DNA from: Octopus sinensis
Lineage: Eukaryota
Direction: 5' to 3'
Length of the DNA: 64,000 nt
NCBI RefSeq assembly: GCF_006345805.1
Contig: NC_042998.1
Coordinates: forward strand, 16,864,001 to 16,928,000
The notes under the pieces are model-generated. The model made no database searches. It saw only the letters and a program-made list of their open reading frames with translations, and was not told the origin of the DNA. How positions within the stretch are numbered: the first letter of the stretch is position 1; the number at the start of each line of letters is the position of its first letter. Shown here in pieces: positions 37,626 to 52,029 of this stretch. The position numbers and the translations under genes are program-made.

Positions 37626-40600
37626 TAAACACAGAGACAAACATATATATATATATATATATGCCTATATAGAGAGAGACAAACCCACATACAGACAGGA
37701 AAACTGAGAGAGAGAGAGGGGGAGGGACGAGGTTTATAGATACAGTGAGAGAAAAATGATAAATTTCAACATAGTATTTCTTTTATTGTTATGCTTTTTT
37801 TCAATGCCTGACTTTTAATATATGTGGCAATATACCTACTTATACTACAAGCAGAATTTTTTTTTCGTTTTGTGTTAATTTTTCCAAATTATAGTTTTGA
37901 AATTCTAATTAAGAAAATTAGGAATTATTTTTAAGTAACTCAACGTGCGACCGAATTTGTTTTAATCTTGTATCCCTTTAGAATTTCTGTAAATGCATAC
38001 ATATTTGTGTGTTGATTGCCCCTGCAGTTGGTTGTCCCTTTGGCATTAATTAACACAATTACGAAATTTCTCTTTTCATTATTCTCTAATCTGTCTTGAA
38101 GCATATTTAGCATTTTGTTTACTTTGCAAATATAGCATGAGACACTGGTGTTAACATGTCTATGCATTCTTCCTAAATTAAAACTGAGTAACTTTGATGT
38201 ATGTCACATTAACGTCCCCCTTACTTACATAAAGTTGCCAACTGGTTTTAATAATTATAGATATAAAATTTCGTTGTCAGTAACTGCTTGCCATCGCAGG
38301 ACTTACTAAAGCAACGTGAATACATATATCTGCATACTGTATGCTTTACATCTATTGTAATGTGATGTGTAAAGGAAATGTACGAAATCCTATCAAATGG
38401 ACTCTACTTCGAATTCAAAGAATCAGACGTTTTGCTTTTTGAATTGTGTAACAATATTTCATACGTAAGTGTAAAAATGATTGTGCTATACCTAGTCTCT
38501 GAGTGAAGCAAATTACAAAATACAGCCTTCGACTATTAAGTTATGTTACATGCTTTAACTAATAATATGTTAACCTAACCTCACTGTAATAACCAAGATA
38601 TATACCTGCACAACACAGTTCATTGAAAATACATGTACTACAACACGAATCCTAAAATATATTTCTCAATGCCTATTTTGTTTTCTTCTAATGATTCTCC
38701 AGCAATTTCCACTTACTAAATACTAAAATTACATATTCTGCATTAGCATCACATTGTCTTCCGAGGGACAGTAGCTCAATCTCTCTCACATTACGTTAAG
38801 TGTTACCCTGAATGAAAGCAAGAACATTTGAAATCCTCATGGTATACATTTATACGGGATGGTAAGGATTGGAACGTCTTTGATCATATGCCCAATGTGA
38901 CTCGATCTGCAGTTAAGCTGAAGTAATTGTGACTTCTTACATTGCAACATAAAGACAGAAGGCCTTTACTATTCACGTGTTACTTCCCACTGAATAAAAT
39001 ACCTGCATTCATCACTTACTCTAGCTTTCTGACATTATTATGCATAATCGGCATCATTACATTTTCTCATTTGTATAATTATATTTTCTATCGATTTCTT
39101 TTCATATCGTTTTTCTTTTGCGAACAATACCAAATCCTTGTATATTTAATTTGAATTTTTTTCAGCTCTCAACGTATGAGTTTGTGTGTTAGTGCATTTA
39201 GACTTATTAGGCATCATACAATTTATTGTGTATGTTTACATGCATTTTCTTTGTACATTAATAGAAAATTATAAATATATTAAACATTCTAGCTTGCATT
39301 AGATTTTATAATATACTTAACTATTGATTTAATCAAATAACATCAGAAATGTTGCTACTCTCAGCAGGATATATCAACCTACGTTTTGATATTGTTTTCG
39401 AATTTTGGCAGAAGGGTGACAATTTCGGGTGAGGGTTAAGTTGATTACACAAAACCCAGCTTTTAACTGGTATTTGTTTTATTGACCCTGAAAGGATGAA
39501 AGTGAAGATGGAAGACATATCGCTAAGCATTTTATCCGTGGTTTTAATGATTCTGCAGAACTCACTGCCCTCGAAACAAATCTGTAATTTTATTTATGCT
39601 TCTAAGAAATCTGAAACTTCATTTTTTATTCTATAACATGAAAAAATGATTAGTAGCAATATAGTATATTGTAATCACATGTGATACATGTAAAGCAGAA
39701 AAGAAATCAGATTTACTATTTGGTACAATAGAATGAAAACTTTATTTTTTAAGTAAATATGTTTCAAGGAAATCTATTGCTAAGTTAGTAATATATTTTA
39801 GGCCACAAAAGATCTGTACAAATATACAAAGTAGGGAAATGTATACGTCAATATCACGAAGCTCAACGAAAGATCGATATCGATTTGAACGTCAAACCAA
39901 TGTAATATAGTCGAAGAAATCATAATCGTTACCTACGAGCCGATCATAAAGTATACCCAGGTTTTAAAACGAATTTATATCTGCTACTGGTGAATACAGC
40001 ATATCAAGACATAGGGAGGAAATAATCAACTTCGATAAATTTGTTTTCTAAGCATGATGCTACACCTTGTACCTGCCATTCGCAAATCACTTTTAATTCA
40101 CAAACTAATGTTTCAAGAAAACGGAGTGCATAGTAGATAATATAATCTTAGATACAGAATTTATGAATTCACGACGGTCGGGATTAGATGATATTTTGTC
40201 TTACAACATTGAAAGCGAGTGGATAGAAATGGTCTACGGAAGAAACATAACATCTACTAGTCATATTTTCATTTCATGTTTATATGGTATCCATTCAGAA
40301 TATGACGTGAAATATTACTATAACGTTCTGCATATGGCTGCCGCGCAAGTGTGCTCGTGCGTCTGTGTTTGCTTGTTTGTATTATTCATATGTATGTTTG
40401 TGTGTGCATGTGTGTAGAAACATAGGTAGGTAAAAAAAGGAAATTAATTCTGAGCATGAATTATCCATTAATATATCAACATTTTTAATGAATTGAAATC
40501 TCATTCTCATATACCTGGTTTTACATGACATCATACAAATGATTAGAATTTTTTTGTCATTGAGAACCGAGTACAGACGGAAAATAATGAACAATATTTT

Positions 40601-42067
40601 AGGCAATAAATGGTGCAATCTAACATTGGTTATAATGCAACCAGATGTTGATCCTATACAATATTACGAACTGCATCTCAGGACACGAGTGCTGAAACAC
40701 ATGATGGCATAATGCATATACCACGTTGCAATAATTCATATATAGGAAAATATTTCATTTCGTATTCCCTATAGGATGTTTCGCAGTGCGCTAAACGGAG
40801 TGATATATTGTAAGAAGTAGCATTAGCTACTGTTGCATCAGAAAAATTATTGTATAACGTTAATAATGATTGCGCAAAAATCGACTTTGAGACGTATAAG
40901 GATCAGTGAGGAATCATTACGCATTCCATATAAGCCGATATAAACGGGAAAGGGTGGGGAACAAAAGTTGGGGAGGACGAAGTGAAGTGGAAGTAAATGA
41001 ATTAAGGATTAACAATAACATGTATATATGCATACTACAATAGCGATTATAGTACACGAAGACCAAGCAAGGAATATCGGTGCCGAAGAACTAAAGCTGT
41101 GTATTATGCAAACGTTACACATAATCGTGTATATTTGTATGTTAGTGTTATGTGTCTGTGAGTGTACGTATATTTACATTAATCCATACGAATCAAGGAA
41201 AAATAATTTTCTCATCTAAGCACTGCGTTTTTCGTTCTATGGGATTGAACATATCAGTCGATAATTTTTGTCCAGTTTCTTCTGTAAATAATGTATGTTT
41301 ACTTTTAATTGCTTTTAGCTAAGATATGGAAATATTTGCAGTATGCAGGGGAAATTTTACAATACTTTGTTTGGTATACAGCAAATAATCAAAACATGTT
41401 TCAAACAGTAATATAATTATATCAACAGAAACAAACATGAAAAGAAAACCGCCAAGCATTTTTTTTTATAAATATTGTAATTCCGCAATGCATTAGGGAA
41501 AATGTAATTATTTTAAATTCTGTTGCAAGAAAAAAAATTATATTAACGCTCTTTAGAACATGCGGTCAAATAATTCGCCAACGGAACAGATATTGATTTT
41601 CTACTCGTGAATGGGTTTTGTAAAGCATGTCCCCTTATAATAACGCCCAAACAATGAATTTCGCATAATAAGCGTATGCAATTTGTTTCTAGAAAAACTC
41701 ACATCTCCACCTACAATATAAATAAGAAATAATATTTCTTGTATCCTTAAAAAACAATCATCAGATACACATGTTCACTCATAATTATATGTATTGTATA
41801 TATTATATAAACTATATACAAAATCTCGTATACTAGTAATATTAATACCATGGCTAAACTTCGTTTCTGTGTCAATTTTGTTTCACTCATTTCATTATGT
41901 ATCTATTTCTGCATATTCGTCTCATTCATTATATATGTGTGCGTGGTGTATGTGTGTGTGTACGTGTGTGTGTATGAAAATGCATGATTGTGTAAGTATA
42001 GGTGCATGTGTGAGTATCCACACACAGTTATATACACACATACATATATATATATATAGAGAGAGAG

Positions 42068-42427
42068 AGATAAAACCTACTTGGAAAAGGATGCGTCGCG
42101 TTCGATCATATAATAAATAATATATAAATATATGCATATAAACATACATATTTAGGTATATATACATGCATATATGGGTGATGAGGGGAAAGTTCTTTAT
42201 GTTGCATGTCACGTTTCTCTGCTTTTTTTTCGTTGTTCGAAAAATGTTCGTTTTCTGTTTTTGTGTTTTTATGTTCTCGTTTCTCATTCTGTCAAGTATT
42301 TTAGATGCCCTGTACCCATATATGTAATTATACATATATCTATATATGCATGCATATATGCATATATTTATATATTATTTATTATATGATCGAAAACCAC
42401 GCATCCTTTTCCAAGTAAGCCTTATCT
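42068..42427. mobile_element. Fold-back/MITE-like element with ~110-bp imperfect TIRs
   Basis: TACTTGGAAAAGGATGCGT...TTCGATCATATAATAAATAATATATAAATATATGCATATA...ATATGGGT versus its complement at 42316-42417. The interior and part of the right arm recur at ~42896-43135. Confidence 0.7.
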
Positions 42428-43136
42428 TAATAATTATGATGAGCACACTTGTTCTATCTCTTTTTTGTCTATCTATCTCCCCCTCTTGTTATCCTTTCTG
42501 TTTTTCTCTCCCATTCTTTCCCTATTATTCTCCTCTCCGCTTTAGTGTTCCTTCTTGCTTTCTCTCACTCTTCTTCCTTGACTCTCCTGTTGCTCACACG
42601 TGACTAACGACCATTCTTTCTTCCTTCCACTTCCTTCCTAAAGACAAAACGTGCTTTTATCTGTCTCTTCTCAAAGCTCATTTTTCCAGCATTCTGCACT
42701 TCACATCATCTTGGCTTAACAGCCCTCACCGTTTGTTTTTCCTGTTTTTTTCTCACTGTTCTGTTTTTGTTGCCAATTTCCCCTTCCGCAAAAAATCCCA
42801 AATTTTATTAAATTTGCTTTGCGGGAAGGACTGTTTTAACGAAGTTGCGTCATGTCCTTGCTTTCCAAATGTGGAGTAGATAAAACAGGGAACAACTGAT
42901 GAAGGCAATGTTCTTTGTGTTGCATGTCTCGTTTCTCTCTTTGTTTGTTTTCTTTTCGTTGTTCATAAAATTTTCGTTTTCTCCGTTTTTGTATTTAATA
43001 TTCTCGTTTCTCATTCTGTCTCGCTTTTTGATGTCCCGTACCCATACATGCATGTATATACACCTATATATGTATGTATATATGTATATATGTATATATT
43101 TATATATCATTTATTATATATTTATAATAAATAGAT

Positions 43137-43340
43137 GATAGATCGTTAGCTCCTACACGAATTTTTTTCTCTCCTTATTTCTCTCCTTGTTTTTTTTCTC
43201 TGTATCTTTCTGTCGAAGGGCGTAGGCTCGAGACGTAAAATACTTTTTCTATTTCTATTCCTGAGCGCTATACTAATACATTTGTTTGTTTGTACTCCAC
43301 CTGCCTTCGTCTTATGTTTATTTTCGTAAACCTTCCCGTT

Positions 43341-43345
<5 letters not shown>
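43137..43345 (+). mobile_element. Solo Penelope-like pLTR (subfamily A)
   Basis: Reverse complement of ~22890-23095 at high identity; ends at (TA)n; HHR-like core has GAAA>GAGA. Confidence 0.85.
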
Positions 43346-43410
<65 letters not shown>

Positions 43411-43528
43411 CATATGCCTAATCTATATACTTCGTGTACTTTCCGGTGGCTGCAATAGCGTGGGAGAGTATATACTGTCTCAAGTCGTCGGCTATTAAAT
43501 CACTTCAGAGTCATGTACATGGGATGGA

Positions 43529-43576
43529 GTGATGGACACAAGGTCTTTCGCCCGTTTTGGGGCTTGTCAATATCAC
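43529..43576 (-). ncRNA. Type I hammerhead motif with U3-A8 covariant core
   Basis: GUGAUA-UUGACAA-GCCC-CAAAAC-GGGC-GAAA-GAC-CUU-GUGUC|CAUCAC; single mismatches in stems I and III; element ends at (TA)n ~43405. Confidence 0.65.
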
Positions 43577-44024
43577 GTACCTAACAAAGTTGTAGGCAAG
43601 TCACCTAGCCTGTCCAATACTTATAAGACTTGCAAAACCATGTGCTGGCTTGAGAGCTGCTTCTATTTCATATATTAGTTTTCCATTTACAAATTCCATC
43701 TTCTTCACACCTGCTTAGTTATCATGTAGTATTATATATATATAACACTACATGTTCACCCATGATTATATGTATTGTATACAATATATATATATATTAT
43801 ATACAATATATATATACAAAATCTCGTATAGTATCGTGGTGATGCATTATAAATATTTTAATGTAATGCCACGCGCGTTTTTGCAAATTTCATGTTCCTT
43901 AAAAGCAGATCGTGGTTTGAATTTTGGAGATGATTACAGTACTGGTCCGCAGCACCCATGGATACTTGTGTCCCGTAAGCAAATTTAAAGGATATATATG
44001 TGTGTGTGCGTATCTGCATGTATT

Positions 44025-44411
<387 letters not shown>

Positions 44412-44511
44412 TATGTATATATATACATATGTATATATATACATATGTATGTATATACTTATATGTATGTATTTATATAAATATATATATCTAAGTAGTG
44501 TGCGTGTATGC

Positions 44512-44542
<31 letters not shown>

Positions 44543-45408
44543 TCACTCGTCTTACTTGGTCTTTCCAATTTTGCCGCTAGTACAAAACTGAAACAATTTT
44601 CATTCATCATTTGTAATTCGATGCTAGTGATAATGATTTTACCAGTAATTGCCCAGCTGCTAATTAACCTCCTTCTTCCCTCCATCTATTTACCTATCTA
44701 TTTTTCTGATCCATTCTTTCTTTTTCTTTCCATTCACCATTTTGTCTTTGACTTCATCATATTCACGTCCTCTCTTTCCTTCCTTTACTCCTTTGTTTCT
44801 TCTTTTTTCCTTTTCCCTTCTTCTTTTCTCCTCCTTTATCTCCATCATCATCGTCTTCAATGTCTTCTATCATTCCCTATATAATTCCTCCTCATCCCAT
44901 AAATGTACTTTTATTTATACTTTTTATTTACTTTCTATTAACTTTTTGTTTTCTCTCGATGTAAACAGAACACAAAAGTCTGGCTGGCGCCCAATATAAA
45001 AGAGCACTTTCAATGCAGGTCTGAAGAAATACCAATCAAATAATCTAAAACCGCAAATATTACGTACATTTTGAACTGTTGTATGATCTGGTCATGAAAG
45101 CAGAGTTGGTACAGTAACTGACCATTAAATATGAGCTAAAGTTTGGCTTTGTTTTATTTGGATGTTTATACTTTTATACCTTTAAGCAAACATGTATACT
45201 TATAGGTATGTTCACACGCACACACTTACATACGATGGTGTAGCATACATGTTCTCTTTTCGAAGGTGATCCCTGTAGCATTTATAACAGTGGTTATGGA
45301 CTTTATTTTACAACTAACTACATCTATAGAAAACTATATTTGATTCTACTTACTTAGACTGATATTTGCGTTTAGCTTCTATTGACATATTTGCTTAAGT
45401 TTTTATTA

Positions 45409-45562
45409 TAACAGATGTTATCTTAGGTAAGGGTGAACGTATATCTCTCTTGTTACTTGTCCAATGAAACTAAAGACATTACGTCCATAATTCAGTATAG
45501 AAATGAGGATGTTTATATATTTGCTTTGAAATATACTTCGTATTCCATCATAATATCTATAA
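45409..45562 (+). repeat. 154-bp direct repeat, copy 1
   Basis: Identical to 47834-47987 except for 2 T/C substitutions. Confidence 0.9.
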
Positions 45563-46109
45563 TTATGAGTGAACATGTGTATTTGATGATTGTTTTTTAA
45601 GGATACAAGAAATATTATTTCTTATTTATATTGTAGGTGGAGATGTGAGTTTTTCTGGAAACAAATTGCATACGCTTATTATGCGAAAAAGCAGTTGTGC
45701 AATTACTGGTAAACCACACAACGGTTTTACAATCACGAGGGCAGGATTCTCCCTCCCCGAAAAAATTCTCTATTAGTCTGCAATCCAACAGCGTTGATAT
45801 CACAGACGTCAGGTATACATACTACAGTGTAGATGATGATAATTTTTATATTAAAAGATTTATGATACACTTGAGTATCTCATGTTCGCATTTATTTCCG
45901 ATGAAAATGAAGCCATATATTTTGCTACATATATTTCTATATGTGTGTGTGGTCTCTCATGTGTATGTGAGTGTATGAGTGTGCGCGTGCATCTATGTGT
46001 GTGTGCGTGTGAGCATACCTATAAGTATAGATGTGTATTTAAAGGTATAATACAATAATTATTTTTCTATAAAAATATTTCTGTTCAATTTCATGTAGCT
46101 TCTCCAAGT

Positions 46110-46414
46110 CTTTTTCTTGTCACTCCGTCGGTTACGACGACGAGGGTTCCGGTTGATCCGAATCAACGGAACAGCCTGCGCGTGAAATGAACGTGTAAGT
46201 GGCTGAGCACTCCACAGACATGTGTACTCTTAACGTAGTTCTCGGGGATATTCAGCGTGACACAGAGAGTGACAAGGCCGGCCCTTTGAAATACAGGTAC
46301 AACAGAAACAGAAAGTAAGTGTGAGAGAAAATTGTGGTGAAAGAGTACAGCAGGGATCACCACCATCCCCTGCCGGAGCCTCGTGGAGCTTTAGGTGTTT
46401 TCGCTCAATAAACA
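46110..46414 (-). mobile_element. 5'-truncated SINE (family 1 central block, different tail) with 13-bp TSD
   Basis: TSD AGCTTCTCCAAGT at 46097-46109 and 46415-46427. Central block shared with 6540-6625; the 3' tail is unrelated to 6650-6766. Confidence 0.85.
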
Positions 46415-47411
46415 AGCTTCTCCAAGTACAAAATGGCCAGAACGAAAGCAACCAAATGCTTTTAACTGGATGCCCCATTAATGCATATTTAATAAAATCA
46501 TATAATATACATCGCTATAATAATTTGGGAAATTGCTTGAGAGCGTTGTCTGGAACTTAAAATATTGTGGGTATAAAATAGACACTTTACATCTCTAATA
46601 AAGTGATATCAATTGAATTCTAGTGGAGAATAGAGGTACCCTTTACATGCTTAAACACTAGTAAAACTATAAACGCTGTCGGGTAATCACAAAGTTACAT
46701 TAATCTAATAACTTTAGTTTGTGTTTATATTCTGTAGTATTTACTGAGTTGTGAAATATCACATCACTTATCTTGTAAATTCTAACCGCTTTTCTTTTCT
46801 ATGATTGTTATTTCATTAAGATATCTATTGAACCTATCGCACTGTATTTCCAAATTCTGTGTGTTTGCAGTCATAGAAGTAATTACTTCATGCAATGCCC
46901 TACGCATACAACCGGAACCAGTTTGTCTATTCTTCGATGAACTGTCGATTCGTGTTTGATGTAGACATGGCAGAATATGTGCCGGTAATTAAAGCAATGC
47001 ATCACTTACCAAGTCAAACTGTATGAACGCAATCAGATATCTATCAGATTTCTATGAATTGTCAAAGCGAATACGTGCATAAACGTATCTGCAATGTCGC
47101 TCTGGTTTTCTTAAGTTTTGCCAAATGCTGCTTCATCTAATTAGTGATTATACATGAGCCGGTAAACGTGCTTCCAACAGATTTGATCTGTTATCTATCA
47201 AAATTCTAATCAGTGCAATAGGATTTCGACAATAGATAATATACTTCGCTTCGCCATGCATATCACAATATGCCAGTCTTTAACAAATGTGCATTTTTCA
47301 TGCGAAACGTGTTCTTGTAGTATTGATTTGTTTCTCATTTCTCAATTTACTCTCAGGTAATAGGGTGTATGATCTTAATTAATTGTTGTGATTGAGCCCC
47401 CTATATATATA

Positions 47412-47487
<76 letters not shown>

Positions 47488-47506
47488 CATATATATAGAT
47501 ATATAC

Positions 47507-47539
<33 letters not shown>

Positions 47540-47596
47540 CATATATATATCTATATATATATACACATATATATATATACACATATATATATATAC

Positions 47597-47673
<77 letters not shown>

Positions 47674-47833
47674 CAGAGAGAGAGAGAAAGAGAGTGAGAG
47701 AGAGATCATTACGTAGCGTAAATGTACATATGTACCACGTTATGTTTTATAAAAAGGGACTACGTGTAGTGCGAGAGAAATGGAAATCAGTCAATGTATG
47801 ACACTCTACAACCGCTGTCAGAAGTATTTTTCT

Positions 47834-47987
47834 TAACAGATGTTATCTTAGGTAAGGGTGAACGTATATCTCTCTTGCTACTTGTCCAATGAAACTAAAG
47901 ACATTACGTCCATAATTCAGTATAGAAATGAGGATGTTTATATATTTGCTTTGAAATATACTTCGTATTCCATCATAACATCTATAA
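47834..47987 (+). repeat. 154-bp direct repeat, copy 2
   Basis: See copy 1; offset 2425 bp. Confidence 0.9.
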
Positions 47988-49849
47988 AGTGTTTTTTGCG
48001 ATTTTCATGAGTGATTTGACTTTGTTTTTAAATAGCGGAGACAATAGTAACATTTGTTAATCGTGTCATGTTCTCACAAACGAATATCTGTGAGTCTATC
48101 GTATTTATAAGAATTTGTTTTCCTTGCCTCGTAATAATTTTTTCAATCACTGTATTTTAGATAAAATCTACAACAAAATCTTCATATTGCTACACTTACC
48201 GACTCAGGATAAATGCTAAAACATAAAATGAATTACAGATTACGAAGACAGATAAGCTGGCCATCTGTTCCCAGAATACTAATTTACAATGGCATCGATA
48301 AAGAAATATACTTATCAGCGAAACCTGAGGTATAAGGAAAAGAGGTGTAAGCAGAACTATATTTAATATAGTAAAACTGACGGCCATACGAAGAGTATTG
48401 TCTTTTACTTTAGCTTCCAAGAAAATATATGATGTATTTCTACTAATCCTGTGAGTAATGAGAAAACAAATTTATAGACGAGAAGGGGGTTAAGTATGTC
48501 CTTGTAGAGATCCCTTTCCATGAGGAATGTGACACTTGTCTTCCTGAAATTTGTAAGGGATACATACCAAGTGTATGATATTGAATAAGCTATAGATTAT
48601 TCAGGGAGAAATATTTGACACTCGTGGTTTGGGGGAGTCGTTTCTCTTAAAGAACAAAGTAAAAACAAAACATACCGGAAGTATTACTGACCCCACGAAA
48701 TTTCAATTAGGCTGCGTGCAGTTTACATTTGATCGCTACAATTGCTTCACACGAGCGAATAAATACCCGAAGAAAAGTATCATTCCTTAGAGTAGAAAGG
48801 ATGATTGCAAATGGTGGTATGATTATAAATATCAACAAAGGCATAACTTTAAATTACCTATTCAAAACCTTAGGCTGACATGATTTAGAAACGCTGGTAA
48901 AACGTATTTAACAGCGTTTCCCAAACGTTGACCCTTGTAATATTGCCCATGTAAAGTAACTAGTAATAATACACAGGAATTTCATGAATAACGATTCCAA
49001 CTGTCAAGGTATTCTGAAGAAATCAGCAAAACTGTAACTCTTATAATATATACCAATATAATTAAATGAATTTATAGTCTATATTTCTATACCTTGGGCT
49101 AAAAACTTAAACGAATATGCCAATAGAAGCTAAACGCATGTGGCAGTCTAAGGGAGTAGAATCAAATATAGTTTGTCTGTAGATGTAGTTAGTTCTAAAA
49201 TAAAGTCCACAACCACTGTTATAAATGCTAGAAGGATTACCTCTAAATTATTCTGAGCTTGGATTCGAAAAAAGAACATGTTATCCAGATATATTATATG
49301 AGAACGGATTCAAAGTAGGCTAAAAAGAAACATATATCTGAGATATACATCAAAGACCCATATGCAAAATCTAAAATAAAATAGCTAGTTACGGTACATC
49401 TCTCGTAAATAAAGGAATATCTTATGAGGATTTAGAGTGATATTCGATTAATAATTATTACAGAGCTAAGTGTAATGCAGTTGTTAGCAGCTTTTCAAAA
49501 ATATTCTGAAATGCACACTATGTGAATTATGAATTAAACAGGAAAACAGCGATATCTGCCATTTTCTTCACAATATAACACCTAAATGTGACAAGGAAAG
49601 GTTATATTTAACATAAATAATGTGGTAATAAAAATACAACGCAACAAACAGATTATTATAATATACAAAAATTATTATAATGTTATCAAATCAAAATACT
49701 CTTTTCTCCTTTCAACCTAGCCAGTTAAGAGGAAATCAAATAATCCTGAATAGAAAGGTAGACTAGATACAAATAAACGTAGATATGATACTGAGGCTAC
49801 GGAGTAGCATGCTATGCAAAAGGAAATTTAAATGGATAAAGGAAAGTTC

Positions 49850-50750
49850 AAATGGATAAAGAAAATATCACACGGGTTATGAATCCAGCACGTGAAACAA
49901 ACGCTGAAGGATATTGTATTTTGCTTTGTTCATAATTACGTCTGCCCACTAAAACCTTTCATACACATAGATTATAAAAGTATTTAAAAATTAACAGAAG
50001 AATATGTGACGACTGATGAGAAGTAATCTAATGCTGGTTGTGTTTGCCCAGTCTTTGCAAATCTCGACAAGTTATTTTTCTCAAGGACAATCAGAGAAGG
50101 AATTGCTTGTTTATCCTAGCGGAAATCATGTATTTTTGAAAGAAATAAGACAGCTATTCAAATACATGAAAATGACCAGAATGAATTGAATGGAAAGCGG
50201 GCTTTCTTTCTAAATCTGTTCTTTTGATGCTCAAGAAAGAGTATTTGCATAGGCAGACAAAGAAAAATTGCTTGGAAGTAATTAGAAGAAATCGCGAAAA
50301 TTGATAATCAAACTTGGTGGATTTATATACACATAGCTTTCCGAAAACAATAATAGTAGAATATATGCATGGTTAACACGCTTTAAGGACACTCGGCAAT
50401 ATATTGTTTCTTCGAAAACAAAGAATACAAATGAAATCAATAGCAATTTCAATAGTCAGCGAAGTCGGCTTTCATTCTAATAGGGCCTTTTCACTTAATC
50501 AAACCTTAGGAAAGAGAAAATGTGAGAAATTATAAACTGCATAAATGTAATATATAAAGAAAAAGATATTTCTTTAGACAATAAACACATAACTTAGTCA
50601 ACATTTTAAAATAATACATAATTATCAGTAAAATCTTATTATAAATATCGGTCATGTTGACGCGTGGAAATAGGTTATTTCGAGTAGAACCCCACCAAAT
50701 AACTAATCTAAGTTGCATTCTCAAAACGCAGAAAACACCATAATTTGAAG
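49850..50750 (+). pseudogene. Possible ancient LINE RT remnant (RTE-like)
   Basis: Correctly ordered weak motifs: HIDYKSI (FIDY.KAF), LNLFF, VFA*ADK (FAYADD), KLGGFI (YLG). Confidence 0.35.
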
Positions 50751-51923
50751 CAGAGTATCTGAAAGAAAGAATGCGTTATATATTTATTACTAAATAGTAA
50801 GTAATAATCACAGAATATCTAATAGTATACGAAATGAAAAGATAAAATAAGGAGATGCATCTAATAAGTGCTAAACTTATGATAAAACACAACAAACCTA
50901 AAACCCGAGGTAGAACAATATTGACTAAAATATAACCTAATCAGAACACAACAAGCAGAAATATAAATGAAAAGTAATATGAAACAAATCTAAAAGTAGG
51001 AAGTTCAGAAGTGTGAAATAACTTATCTTGATAAAATAAAAATAGGGCATCATTGAAAATTTAGAAATTGTAGTTGACCACAATATACATCATTGACAGC
51101 ATATTCCAAAAACATGACTTAACAATGATGAAGCAATAAAAATTAAAATAAATTTGGCTATCACACACTTAATTACAAAAGATACAAAAATCAGCACTCT
51201 TAGGTAAAATTATATATGCAGTAGCCTCACAAAGGAAAGTGAGCAAGAATATGTTTTACTTTTATTGCTTCTACTATATTAGCGGTATTTTATATATGTT
51301 TAGTAATTTCTGGCGGAGAAGTGACACTTACATTATGATTTAGTAATATAATCTTTGTTTTAGATATTCTATTTCAATTTCTGATATTGTCTCATTTTGC
51401 GAATGCACCTGACGTTAGCTAGTCACTTGGGTTCAGTGATAAATCTAAGATTGGGTCAGTATTTTTACCAAATATATACACATGTCCTGCTTATTTTCAC
51501 TTTGGTGTGTATACATACAATAGAGACACATTACTCTCGTGTCCGTTAGGCCCTTTTAACATTATTTCGCGAAAATCGATGAGTATCGTACGGCCCAATA
51601 AGTGCATTCTCATCATTTTCATAGGAAACTGTTTCTTATGTTGAAGATTTGGCGCGTGCGATATTTTTATAGTTTTTGTACAATGATTTCAATTAATAGT
51701 TTTGAGAACCGTCCTCCGGTGACTCTGTTTGGACATGTTTTGAAAATATTGGATGTTGTAAATACTTAATTACTTCATATAAATGCTTGAAATATATAAA
51801 TATATTTTAATGAGTATGACGAAATTATGTTCCAAAATGTTATCAGTTTTTTTCTCGATATTATTAATTACATTTCAGAGTAAAATTTCATCGTTTGCGC
51901 ATGTGATACGGCTCTCGATCTCC

Positions 51924-52023
51924 TTCTTCTTCTTCTTCTTCTTCTTCTTCTTCTTCTTCTTCTTCTTCTTCTTCTTCTTCTTCTTCTTCTTCTTCTTCTT
52001 CTTCTTCTTCTTCTTCTTCTTCT
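51924..52023. repeat. (TTC)n microsatellite
   Basis: About 33 units; explains the poly-F ORF. Confidence 0.95.
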
Positions 52024-52029
52024 TTAGAT

